Assembly (NCBI GenBank): GCA_964016885.1
Contig: OZ024743.1
Location: 82,894,001 to 82,958,000, forward strand
Direction: 5' to 3'
Length of the DNA: 64,000 bases
Source of the DNA: Eledone cirrhosa
Lineage: Eukaryota
Shown here: in pieces, positions 14,149 through 26,926 of the stretch
Position numbering within the stretch: the stretch's first letter is position 1
Layout: each line of letters begins with the position of its first letter
Made by a program: the position numbers and the translations under genes
Notes under the pieces: model-generated
Told to the model about the DNA's origin: nothing
Databases searched by the model: none
What the model saw: the letters and a program-made list of their open reading frames with translations, nothing else

Positions 14149-14249
14149 ATGAGATTCTACAGGACTAGATCTGTTTCATTCTTTAGAAATCATCAGGATT
14201 TCTGATGATTTCTAAAGAATGAAACAGTTCTAGTCCTGTAGAATCTCAT
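14149..14249. ncRNA. 101-bp palindrome made of two back-to-back hammerheads
   Basis: Plus strand 14196-14246 reads ggattt-CTGATGA-tttc-taaa-gaat-GAAA-cag-ttctagtc-ctg-TA-gaatct. A mirror copy lies on the minus strand around a 5-nt centre (gattt). Confidence 0.75.
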
Positions 14250-14299
14250 ATATATATATATATAGTTGTATCTGTATAAATACAGAGTGTGTAACCGAG

Positions 14300-14489
14300 A
14301 ATGGAATTGGCAAAAGTAGGGTTGTAAAAGAAAGTCTATTTTTGGAATATGGTTTTAAGGACTATGAGTGTGTACGCGCACACGTGTGTATATTTATATA
14401 TACACTCTCACATGTACACACTCATACTCTCTAAAACCATATTCCAAAAATAGAATTTCTTTTACAATCCTACTTTTGCCAATCCCATT
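14300..14489. repeat. Fold-back / MITE-like hairpin
   Basis: About 75-bp imperfect inverted arms (aatggaattggcaaaagtagg.../...cctacttttgccaatcccatt). Confidence 0.7.
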
Positions 14490-15020
14490 TACCCCTATAG
14501 AATTTGTCTCTAGCTAACATCTCCCTCTTCTCCACCCCCATCTGAACTCTTGACAAGTCTATTAACACAATTGAGATACACACACATATTTACAGAATAT
14601 CTCCCTCTCCCTAAAAGCAATTTTGTTTTGTGTGAAAAAACACAACTACCACCACCACTGCTGCTACTACCACCTCTCTCTCTATACACAAGATTTCATT
14701 TTTCCAGTCTCCTTCTCAACAAGGAGATGAAAAAATCTTGCCTTAACACTTAATTTTAAATCTTTAATTCTTAATTTTTAATTCTTATTAATTCTTTTTG
14801 ATTATAATACTCAACATTTGATGAGATGGATTTTACTAATACATCGAAACCGGTTATGCTTTATATACATTATAAAACTCTCTTTCTCAAAGAATTGCCC
14901 CTCTCATTTTTTCAATATTGTCACTTTGACGAATCAAAGAAAGGAAAAAGAAAAGAAAAGCAGATCCTTAAATATATATTGTGTGCTATTTCCAATTTTA
15001 CTTTTCTCTATAACCACTGT

Positions 15021-15050
<30 letters not shown>

Positions 15051-15052
<2 letters not shown>

Positions 15053-15630
15053 CATCATCATCATCATCATCACCGTTTTACGTCCGTTCTTCCACGCTAG
15101 CATGGGTTAGACGTGTTGTCCTGTTGTGGGCAGTGTCTGGTCGGCTGACCATGCCTTGCTCATACAGGAACTGATTTGGCTTGGTTTCTACAGCTGGATG
15201 CCCTTCCTAACACCAACCTCATTTACAGTGAGTGCTGGGTGCTTTTTCGTGGCGCCTACACGTCCACTTTACAGTGTGGGCTGGGTGCTTTTTTGCCGTG
15301 GCACCTCCACGACCACCTTGCGGTGGGGGGGGGGGGGCATATTGTCTATATGCTTCAGCTTGTACCCATGGGAGGTCGGGTACTCTGTATTACTGCGTGA
15401 CGCCAGAAGTCACGGTCGTGTGTCATTGTCTTTGAGAGGTGTAATTGGGTAAGGTCGGCTTTTATCACCTCATCCCAGGTCATCTTGGGTCTCCCCACTC
15501 TGCGGTTTCCATCAACTTCTAGTTCTCTGCACCTTTTTATGCAGCTGTCATCCTTTCTAGTGCTCTGCACCTTTTTATGCAGCTGTCATCCTTTCTAGTG
15601 CTCTGCACCTTTTTATGCAGCTGTCATCCT
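15051..15630 (-). mobile_element. RTE 3' fragment with triplicated 38-mer at the 5' truncation point
   Basis: Same family as 274-780; the unit ttctagtgctctgcacctttttatgcagctgtcatcct occurs three times at 15517-15630 (first copy has one substitution). Confidence 0.88.
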
Positions 15631-15701
15631 TATATATAGAGCATTTTATATATAGAGCATTTTTATAAATAAATATTTATTTATAAAACTGCTCTATATT
15701 A

Positions 15702-15766
15702 TATTTTATCTGATGAAAGCGCACCATAATTTGACTTGGTGTCCTTGAAATATGTATAATGAAATA
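15702..15766 (+). ncRNA. Minimal type I hammerhead
   Basis: tattttat-CTGATGA-aagcgcacca...tggtgtcctt-GAAA-tatgta-TA-atgaaata; preceded by hairpin 15649-15699. Confidence 0.72.
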
Positions 15767-15834
15767 AATATGGTTTTATAAATATAGTTTCCATTTGTTA
15801 ATATATCGTATATATATATATATATATATATATA

Positions 15835-16805
15835 CTAGCAGTTTATCCCGGCGTTGCTCGGGTTTGTTCATTTGCTATGAAAAGTTACAAACAGGTAAAG
15901 GTAGCTTGAAAGCGCATAAGGGTATCAATTAAGTGCATAAAGCAGTTGAACCGGTTATTAATAGTTACGAACCAATTAGCATTTTGGACAATCAATGATG
16001 GGTTAACAATCTTCCAATAGCGAATTTAGTAGACCAAAGTTGCAAGATGGTGGCCCTGATGCCGCTGGGTGTCAGATCTGTCCGCTATGGGTGACCCTAC
16101 CAGTTTTCCAGACGGCATAGCTCCAACACCTCCAACACCTGCACCAACCTCTATAGCACCTCTTTGTAGACGATATTGCGTGTCATCCCTTGAGGAGTGT
16201 AAGCAAAAAGTCCATTCCTGCCTCCTACGCGGCAACAGGCAACATAAAGTGGGCCATGGCAGAAGCATGGCTCCCCCAAATGGATGCCCGCCACCGACAA
16301 TGTTTGCCCTTGTGACTTGTTAATGGACATGGCAAAACATGGTCTCACCGGAAATTGGGATTGCCGGAAATCGAACGGGATATCTGACGCCGAGGGGAAA
16401 CGGTTCATCCTTAGAATGAAAACATTCTCCCCCCTCCCGCACCCCGTTACAATGGTGGCCTCAATCAAGTGGGGCGTCAGTGATTTGACGACCATGCGAG
16501 TACCGTTGCACTGCTTTGGTGGACGCAAATTTCTTATTAGCATAATGGGACAGTCAACTCTATGCTTAAGAAGGTGAGGTGGGAGCCCTGAGGGCTCAAG
16601 GGAATTTAATAACTCAACCGGATAATTAACGATATCGTCGGGGTCTGATGTCCGGTCGATAGATTTGAAGATGGCTCTTTACCGGGAATTTTCACAATCA
16701 GCTGCTCGTTAATAAAATTAACCATGGTATTTTTCGGAGCAAGGATGGCTCTTTCGCTGAGCCAATCGAGGTTTTTAAAGTTAGATTCCAGTTCCTCGTG
16801 AAATA
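15835..16805 (-). mobile_element. Helitron 3' fragment (Pif1-like helicase C-terminus)
   Basis: ORF 16151-16543 (LIRNL...CNGTRMVV, QFPVRPCFAMSINKSQGQTL) and 16606-16809 (WLSERAILAPKN). 3' hairpin cccgagcaacgccggg and CTAG terminus at 15835-15838. Confidence 0.92.
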
Positions 16806-16895
16806 ACAACCCAACCAGGAACTGGGCATATCAAAGTATTGACAAAATTATACACCTCAACAACATATGTACTTGTCTATACCACACTAATTCGG

Positions 16896-16950
16896 ACTGC
16901 CTGAAGAGGTCACAGCCAAAGATGGCTGTCACCGAAATATATATAGCAGT
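16896..16950 (+). ncRNA. Minimal type I hammerhead
   Basis: actgc-CTGAAGA-ggtcacagcca-aaga-tggctgtcacc-GAAA-tatata-TA-gcagt, with a palindromic helix III. Confidence 0.83.
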
Positions 16951-17097
16951 AATAAACGAAGCTAAATTTTAAACATTTGACTTATTTATTTTACTTTATT
17001 TTACATTACTCCGGAGTAACCAAACCAACCTGCGCACTTCGTCGAGTGCTCCAGCCTGCATACTGAGGTGTTGGTATACAACCAACATAAACTCAAA

Positions 17098-18411
<1,314 letters not shown>

Positions 18412-18783
18412 ATTTAGGTGAAAAACGAAAGATAACATTTAAAATTATTTTATTAATTTCTACGTTCGTTTCAATTTTAACGAAATACAATTGCAAAAAT
18501 ATAAAAATAATGATTTGCAGATTATTTAACCTACCAAATCAATGAAACAGTTGCGGTCACATATCATAAAATCTCTAGAGGAAATCGATATTTGATTTGA
18601 GGAATGAATGATAAAAAATATAAATCTTAAAAAAAACAGTCTCAGAAAAAAACAATTATGCAAGACAGGCCATTAGATGGGTGATGGAAACATGAGTTTT
18701 AAGCATCATACAAGTTGATTAAAGCAATAAAAGGCATAAGTCCTCCAAGCTGTAATACAGTTTATATATACAAGCTGTAATAT

Positions 18784-18825
<42 letters not shown>

Positions 18826-19012
18826 AGCGCAAATATATATATTTTTTATTCATATCAAATTGTATTTTGGTCTACCAGGCTCGTACGATTTGGGGGTTTT
18901 CAAGTGAGACCAAGAGATGGGTTAAGGATTGTTTGTATTTTTCAAATTCCTGACCTCCATCAAGCTCGTTGGAATGGGGGGAGGGAGTCGGGAGGAAATT
19001 TACTGCTGTGTC

Positions 19013-19075
<63 letters not shown>

Positions 19076-19547
19076 AAGAGAGAGGGAGGGAAGATATATA
19101 TATACAAGTGGAAGCTTAGTAAAATCGAAGCTTTGGCTGTGGCCAAGCTAACGACCTACCATTAGGAATGAGCAGCAAAGCACTCAATAAGGTTGCAGGC
19201 CTTAGAGTAATAACATACGTTTAGACAGCTTGACAAATAGAAAATTGCGGCAGGCAGACCTAGCCACACAATACCAAAAACAACGAATAAACTAATCAGG
19301 TTAGACAACTGACTTGGACATATCGAACGATATTTTGCAACACGTCCGATAGATTTCTATGAATCCGAAATCATCCATCCAACTTACGTAATATGTAAGC
19401 CTGTGGCATTCCATGATCGAACAGAGGATCCACGTCATCAACAGGAAATTTCGTTCTATGCCTCAAGCTGGTGTGGAATGCAACGCCGAACTGCTACCGT
19501 TAGCAGCCCTCGGTGTTTCCCTGTCACGTGTTATTCCCATATATGAG

Positions 19548-19598
19548 GGCTTCCTCATGATTTCTTCCGAATGAAACATTTCTAGTCCTGTAGAAGTC
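19548..19598 (+). ncRNA. Degenerate hammerhead (family of 14196-14246)
   Basis: ggcttc-CTCATGA-tttc-ttcc-gaat-GAAA-cat-ttctagtc-ctg-TA-gaagtc; a G-to-C change in the core. Confidence 0.6.
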
Positions 19599-20481
19599 AT
19601 GCATGTATGTATGTATGTATGTATGTATGTATGTATGTATGTATGTATGTATGTATGTATGTATGTATGTGTGTATGTATGTATGTATGTATTATGTATG
19701 TGTGTATGTGTGCGTGTGCGTCAGTGTGCGTGTGCGTGTGCGTATGTGTGTGTGGTTACAATTTGTTTACAAACCAAAGAATTTAAGAGTTCAAGGCATT
19801 TCATTACTAATTGTTTCCTCCCACTGTGATATGCCACATATAGCAGATCAATTTATTTAACAATTTGTCATCAGTGAGTATAAACCGTGGGTGTCATCAG
19901 AGTTTAATTAAAATACCAATACAAGTCAGTCAGGAAAAAAATAGAAGAGATAATATATATATCACTGATCAAAGTATCAAGATAAAGGTTTACAGATAGA
20001 AATATAGTTTTAAAAACATCATAGACAGAAAAATATATTGTCAGTTGTGTTTCTTAGAATAAATTAGTGTTTAAAAATGGTGTCATTTGTATTAAAAGTT
20101 TTCCTAAAATGAATTTGAATATATAAAGTTTTAATAAAACAGTATTCATAGGCTCTTCCAGCGCATCTCCCTTATCATCCTCCGGGGAAACACCTTCTCC
20201 ATTCTGTCTGCGGAGGCTGTGGGGAGGCTAGCACGTGGGACTATATTTGCTCACTATACAGAGAGATGGGGAGGGCGATAGAGATGGAAGCGATGACAGT
20301 GGGAGTTTGGCTCTTCCACGTTCGGATCATACCCTAGTGGTTGTGTTTATTAACTTCTATATCGTGTACTTTGTTTGCTTTATCAATAAATGTCTCCGAT
20401 CAGTAAAGGAGTGTTGATAAAGGAATTAAAGTTATCTGAAGCAATCTATCGGTTTTAGAATTGTTAAAACTTTAGTAGCAA

Positions 20482-20567
<86 letters not shown>

Positions 20568-20872
20568 ATAGTAGTAGTAGTAGTAGTAATAGCAGCAGCA
20601 GTACCTTGATGGTACTTACACTCGCCTGCTTCAACGCATTCAGAACAAGCTGGCGACATCTGACTTTGAGAGATATATATGACGGCCTCCCACCCATATC
20701 TGTAAAAGGAGAGTAAGATTTTCTGGCCACTGCCATCGTGCCACCTACGAGGCTGTGTCCCCATTAGTGCTTTGGAAACTACAAGCAGTCACTAATAACA
20801 GGGGGCTCAATCTCTCCTATCCCGGTGTCATCTTCAGAGATTCTGGTATTGAAATCCAGGACTTGGCAACGG

Positions 20873-21339
20873 TGTAGCGACGTGATTAGTCAGTCTGGTC
20901 ACTATAGAATAGCCCTTAAAAGGACTGTTATCGCATACGGTCTGATCGGATCTGAGGGTAGCCCTTAACAGGACTGTTGTCTCATACGGTAAGGATGAAC
21001 AGACGAAAGCACAAGTTGAAAGGACGAGCAAGGCGAGAGACGTAGTTTCGGTCAGCTATTTATTTTCATACATGAAGCGACGATACAGAGGTACAAGGCG
21101 TGTGTGAGTGACAAGCGTGGCAGAGGAGAGGAACAACGATAGCTGACTCTGCCAAAGGTCGACTGGCGAAAGTGTTTGGAATCACTCTATTTATACAAAA
21201 ATAATCGTTTGATGTTTAGCCGCTGCGTAGGCGTTTTATTTTGGTGGCTTTAAGGGTTGTTTGTTTCACGGTGAGGTAGCTAGCTAAGCAGATAGATGGA
21301 GCTGTTTATTTCACAGATGTTATTTCCGGTGGCTGTACA
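20873..21339 (-). repeat. 3' LTR (467 bp)
   Basis: Differs from the 5' LTR by about 6 substitutions and one ~15-bp indel (counted by eye). A purine-rich PPT (ggcaggggactaa) lies immediately upstream on the minus strand. Confidence 0.95.
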
Positions 21340-22056
21340 TTAGTCCCCTGCCAGATCTTTTGTACAACAAAAGAGCGAAATATCATATAGTAATGAGCCA
21401 GTGGTGCATTTGTCATGACAATAGCCCAAGGTGTCCAGCACGTAATGAAGTTTGGTGATCATCGAGTATAGGACAGAGTCGATGTAGAGATATGGCAAGA
21501 TGTGTGTCAGGAAGAGAAAAAAACCCAAACAAACTATAAAATGACTTTGATCAGATTTATGCAGGCGTGATGAATGAGCCTGTTGCTATTTGGATTGAGC
21601 TGCCTGTGAATTGTGTGACAAGAAGTCTAACAGGCAGTGAAAATAAGCGTAATGTGTTAACTGAATGGCCGTAAGCATGTTGCCTAAAAGTAACAGTTTG
21701 TTCCAAAGCATATGACTTGAGCGAATGCATGTGGTAAAAAATAACGAGGCATTCTTGAGCTATTGAGTGTACGTGAAAAAAAGAAGGCCAGTGTTTTGAG
21801 GATGCGATTTGTGAAATGCGTGATCAAAGAGAAAATATTTTGTAGTGTAAGAGTTTGAGGGACAAAAATATCTATTGCTCAGTGTATGAACCAAAAGGTG
21901 AAACAAACGTGGTTGTGTAGTGTGTATGAAACACAGAATATGTACCCGCCTTGCAGAAAGTTCATTGTATTTGAAACTGAAAATAGTAAACACAAGGAAA
22001 ATGGAAATGTTTTGCAAGAAGAATGATTAAGAAACTCACTTGAGGTTAACGGTAAT

Positions 22057-25000
22057 TCACATATTGTGCCAACTTGGCGGGCCAATGGACACGTCGTCCA
22101 CTTCTCGTGACTGGAGATGAAACAGGTGGCTTGCTGGGACATCAATCTCTTGGAGTTTCTGGTGTAGAGACTGTAACAGTATCCATGATGGCTTTTTTAA
22201 TCTGTACACGCTGACAGAATTCTGTTTACCATCTAGATCGAGAATAAAATATTTCGGATATTTTTTTAGAACACGATAAGGGCCAGAATATGGAGGTCGA
22301 AGATGAGCTGAGATGGTGTCGTTTCGAACGAAAACGTGTGTCCAATCTTTAATGTATGAAGGTACGTGTGTGGCCGTGTTCTGTTGACGGGTGCTTGCAG
22401 GAGCAAGGTGAGACATATATTGTCGAAGACGCTGTACGTATGATCCTGGGTCTGGAACCTCCTGAGGAGAGATGGGAGCAACCATCTGACCAGGTAGAAC
22501 CAGGGTGGTGCCGTACACTAGTTCTTCAGGTATATGTCCGAATTCCTCCTTAACGGTGGATCGAATGCCCAGAAGGATAAGTGGCAGGTATTCAAACCAG
22601 TGGGTCTTCCGTGGATATGCTTTTATTGCAGCTTTCAATTGGCGATGGAATCTTTCCACGAGACCATTAGCTTGCGGGTGATAAGCTGTCGTGCGGATGT
22701 GTTTACATCCTAACAGGCGAGTCAGTTCCCTGAAGAGGTGGGAGTCAAACTGGCGTCCTCTGTCCGTTGTTATCTTCGCTGGGGCGCCATAACGTGATAC
22801 CCAATGTAAAACCAAAGTTTTAGCGACTGTTTCCGCTGAGATATCACTTATGGGAAAAGCCTCAGGCCAACGGGAAAAACGATCTATGCAGGTGAGCAAG
22901 TGTGTGAAGTTCTGTGATGGTGGTAGAGGTCCAACGATGTCGATATGCACATGATGAAAACGTGCATCAGGTTGCGCGAATGTGCCGAGTGGAGTTTTGA
23001 TGTGTCTGTGGACTTTGGCTTTCTGGTAGGCAATGCAGCTCCTGGACCAGTCGCGCACATCCTTGTTGATGTTAGTCCACACAAAACGAGCAGAGATGAG
23101 TTTCTGTGTAGCCCGGATTCCCGGGTGAGACAAGCAGTGTAAAGCAGAAAAAACTTGTCACCGATGCATCTGTGGTACGTACGGTCGTTCATGACTGGTA
23201 GAAAGGTCGCACCAAATTTGTCCCAGAGAAGAAGGAATGGGAATTTGCTGAAACTTGAGGGATGGCGAATCTCGGAGCTTGATAAACTCTTCGTCAGTCT
23301 CTTGGTCAGCTGCGATCTGTTGAAGGTCGATGCCTGAATGTACATGTATTGCATTCAGCTGGATTCGAGACAGGGCGTCGGCTGCTACGTTGTCTGATCC
23401 CTTGATATGCCGAATATAAGTTGAATATTGGGAGACAAAATCCAGGTGGCGGAGTTCTCTTGGTGAATGTCGATCAGGTTTGGTACGGAACGCATAAACT
23501 AGTGGTTTATGGTCCGTGTAGATCACGAAATCCGATCCTTCGAGCATGTGACGAAAATGTTTAACCGAAAGGTAGGTTGCCAAGAGTTCACGGCCAGACG
23601 TACTGTATTTGGTTTCTGCAGGTTGCAACCGCTTAGAAAAGAAGGATAAGGGTTGCCAAATGCCGTCGACATATTGTTGTAAAACGCCTCCAACCCCCGT
23701 GTCTGATGCGTCCACTAGTAGCGAAAGAGGAGCGCCAGATCTGGGGAAAATGAGCACGGAAGCGTTTGCCAACATTCCCTTCAGGTGGTTAAAAGATGTT
23801 AATTCTTCCTCGTTCAGAGTGATCTCTTCGTTTTTGCGAGTCCGATTACGAAGAAGGTCCGTGAGGAGTCTGGCTGCGTCGGCACAATGAGGGATGAAAC
23901 GCCTATAAAAATTCACCAAACCGAGGAATTCACGCAGTTTCCGAAGTGATGTAGGTGCGGGAAAATTGCGGATAGCTTCTACTTTCTCGGGAAGTGGACG
24001 AATGGCGTCTTTATCAATGATGTGCCCGTGAAAGGACAGTGAAGGAACGCCGAGAAGGCACTTGCTGGGGTTGATGATAATACCGTACTCGGCCAAACGT
24101 TGGAAAAGAAGATCTAAGTGCTTCTCGTGTTCTTGCTCGGAAGTACTTGCTACTAGCACGTCGTCGATATACGCGTATACAAAGGGTAGATCACGTAACA
24201 CGGTGTCAATAAACCGCTGAAAAGTTTGTGCAGCGTTGCGCAGACCGAACGGCATTCACAGGAATTCAAATAAACCGAACGGTGTCGTGATTGCGGTCTT
24301 CGGAATATCTGCAGGCTCCATAGGTATCTGGTTATATGCCCGTACCAAATCTATCTAGGAAAAGATGCGTGCGCCTTGCAGAGAGGCAGACAAGTCGTGC
24401 AAGTGAGGTACAGGGTAATTATCGGGTACTGTAGAATTGTTGAGTGCACGATAATCCCCACATGGTCGCCAATCATTCTCGTTTTTTTAGGAACAAAATG
24501 TAGGGGTGCAGACCAGTTGCTGGAGGAAGGGCGAATGATTCCAAGGTCCAGCATGTGTTGAAACTCCTGTTTGGCGATTCTCAATCGGGCTGGAGGCAGT
24601 CTCCTTGGTCGGGCAGCTGTAAGTGGTCCTCTTGTCTCGATGTGATGTGTGACACTATGTTTAATAGGTCTATCCTTAAATACCGGGCGAGTGATGTCTG
24701 GGTATTTCTGGAGAATGCAGTTGTAACGCGAAGGCTCTGACTGGCAAATTACAGGGCTCACTGTGCATTGCGTGGTACATATACGTCTCACAGTGAGGTT
24801 TGTGAGGGTGTCAATAAACCTCTGGTTCTTCATGTCCACCAGAAGGTTGAAGTGGTGGAGAAAATCGGCTCCTAAGATAGGGGTCGGCAGGTCTGCCACG
24901 ACGAACACCCATTGAAAACGACGCCTCAGGCCTAAATTGAGGGTCAGTGATTTCTCCCCGAAAGTCGAAATTGACGATCGGTTCACTGCCTGCAGAAAGG

Positions 25001-25130
25001 ATGGTGTTGGATGCCTTTTGCTGAGACTAGTGAAACAGGAATAACACTAACCTGGGCTCCTGTATCCACGAGGTAACGGATGCCTGTCGCTTGGTCGTTG
25101 ATAAAAAATAGACGACTTTTCTTCTCAGTA
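22057..25130 (-). pseudogene. pol: Gypsy pol (protease, RT, RNase H, integrase), frameshifted
   Basis: Protease YLVDTGAQVSVIP; RT MPFGLRNAAQTFQR...YAYIDDVLV; RNase H VDASDTGVGGVL...TDHKPL; integrase HIDIVGPLP...ITTDRG...NGLVERFHR. Split over four ORFs. Confidence 0.95.
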
Positions 25131-25149
25131 CCAGGGGTGAACGTCGTCG

Positions 25150-26022
25150 CTAGGCCCTGGTCTGCCCGTTTCCCTGGGTGGTATTCTGGAAAGAGCACGG
25201 GGCCCTACACTTAGATGCCTGTGCGCCGAATTCTTCGTGATACCAGCAGAGGTTGCCAGACACACGATTTTGCCTGGGACTTCTGGATCTTCGACGGTGA
25301 AAGGGCCTGGATCGTCTGTTGCTGCGCCGCCGGTGTGTTTGAAAGGTCAGGTTCTCTAATTGGTTTGAGAGGGCTTTAATTTGACCAGCCTGCTCTCTGA
25401 TCATAGCCCGCAGCTCTGAAATCTCGGAAGTGGAGTCCGAGGACGCTACGTAAGGGTTCGTCCGATGATCTACTTGTGCCACTGAGACAAAAGGGTTTGA
25501 CACCTCAGCGATCTTATCTGCGACACTCGCCAGTTCTTCCGGGGTTGCTGACTCGTTGGTCGACGTCAGAATGCCTTGCATTGATAAGGGCAAGCGCTGT
25601 ATAAACAACCATTTCAGCACATCTTCTGAAAGCGGTTGGTCTTCCATCAGCTGTCTCATCTTTCGCAATAGTTGGGACGGTTTTCTGTCCCCCAATTCTT
25701 CCGCAGACACGAGTTGGTTGAGTCGTCTCTGCTGTGACCCGGTCGTTCGCTTAATCAATTCCTTGCGGAATGATTCATATGACACCGTGCCAGGCAGTGC
25801 CATGACGAGGTCCATCACCTCAGCCAAGACTTCTGGCGGGACAGACCCAATGATGTAGGTGAGCTTTGCAGAATCGCTCTTAATTCTGTTAGCGGCGAAT
25901 TGTGCTCCTATGTGAGCGAACCACAGAGTCGGGTCGTTGGACCAAAAAACAGGGACTTTCAATGTTAAAGCCGCTTGTGTGGTTGGTATTTCGGCCTCTG
26001 TCGTTGGTTGCGACATGTCCAT
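25150..26022 (-). CDS. gag: Gypsy gag
   Basis: Intact 290-aa ORF with FWSNDPTLWFAHI, LGDRKPSQLLRKM, an Arg/Ser-rich tract and a CWYH...C...C knuckle. Confidence 0.9.
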   Translation of the reverse strand: MDMSQPTTEAEIPTTQAALTLKVPVFWSNDPTLWFAHIGAQFAANRIKSDSAKLTYIIGSVPPEVLAEVMDLVMALPGTVSYESFRKELIKRTTGSQQRRLNQLVSAEELGDRKPSQLLRKMRQLMEDQPLSEDVLKWLFIQRLPLSMQGILTSTNESATPEELASVADKIAEVSNPFVSVAQVDHRTNPYVASSDSTSEISELRAMIREQAGQIKALSNQLENLTFQTHRRRSNRRSRPFHRRRSRSPRQNRVSGNLCWYHEEFGAQASKCRAPCSFQNTTQGNGQTRA

Positions 26023-26048
26023 ATTGGTATCTTCTTAGGCTGCTGTCT

Positions 26049-26080
26049 GGTTGCGTGTTCGAATCACGTTAGGGTCACCA
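26049..26080 (-). promoter_or_regulatory. Primer-binding site complementary to tRNA-Trp (extended, 32 nt)
   Basis: Plus strand ggttgcgtgttcgaatcacgttagggtcaCCA matches, from memory, the 3' 32 nt of metazoan tRNA-Trp. It lies 2 nt from the 5' LTR. Confidence 0.85.
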
Positions 26081-26082
26081 AT

Positions 26083-26564
26083 TGTAGCGACGTGATTAGT
26101 CAGTCTGGTCACTACTTCTGATCAGTTGCGAGAATAGCCCTTAAAAGGACTGTTATCGCATACGGTCTGATCGAATCTGAGGGTAGCCCTTAAAAGGACT
26201 GTTGTCTCATACGGTAAGGATGAACAGACGAAAGCACAAGTTGAAAGGACGAGCAAGGCGAGAAACGTAGTTTCGGTCAGCTATTTATTTTCATACATGA
26301 AGCGACGATACAGAGGTACAAGGCGTGTGTGAGTGACAAGCGTGGCAGAGGAGAGGAACAACGATAGCTGACTCTGCCAAAGGTCGACTGGCGAAAGTGT
26401 TTGGAATCACTCTATTTATACAAAAATAATCGTTTGATGTTTAGCCGCTGCGTAGGCGTTTTATTTTGGTGGCTTTAAGGGTTGTTTGTTTCACGGTGAG
26501 GTAGCTAGTTAAGCAGATGGATGGAGCTGTTTATTTCACAGGTGTTATTTCCGGTGGCTGTACA
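26083..26564 (-). repeat. 5' LTR (482 bp)
   Basis: Direct repeat of 20873-21339. Confidence 0.95.
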
Positions 26565-26654
26565 ACGGCAATGAACGACAGAACCACGTGGAGATCAATT
26601 GCTGAGTCCATTTCAACTGAGGCCGCCGGAGGGTGATGAGTTGTAGAGCTTATG

Positions 26655-26716
<62 letters not shown>

Positions 26717-26738
26717 GGTGGTGGTGGTGGTGGTGGTG

Positions 26739-26798
<60 letters not shown>

Positions 26799-26838
26799 AG
26801 CGTGGTGGTAGTAGTAGTAGTGTTGCTTCTGTTACTAT

Positions 26839-26874
<36 letters not shown>

Positions 26875-26926
26875 CACAACCACTACTACTACTACTGCTA
26901 ACTACTACTACTGCTACTATACAAAA

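Larger units (their letters stand above)
20873..26564 (-). mobile_element. Full-length Gypsy/Ty3 LTR retrotransposon
   Basis: TG...CA LTRs at 20873-21339 and 26083-26564; TSD acgg at 20869-20872 and 26565-26568; PBS, PPT and gag-PR-RT-RH-IN order. Confidence 0.97.

Noticed and set aside
16151-16543. Host PIF1 helicase gene
   Set aside because: Fragmentary, intronless and followed by a Helitron hairpin plus CTAG terminus.
26049-26080. tRNA-Trp gene
   Set aside because: Only the 3' 32 nt are present, with encoded CCA and adjacent to an LTR, so it is a PBS.
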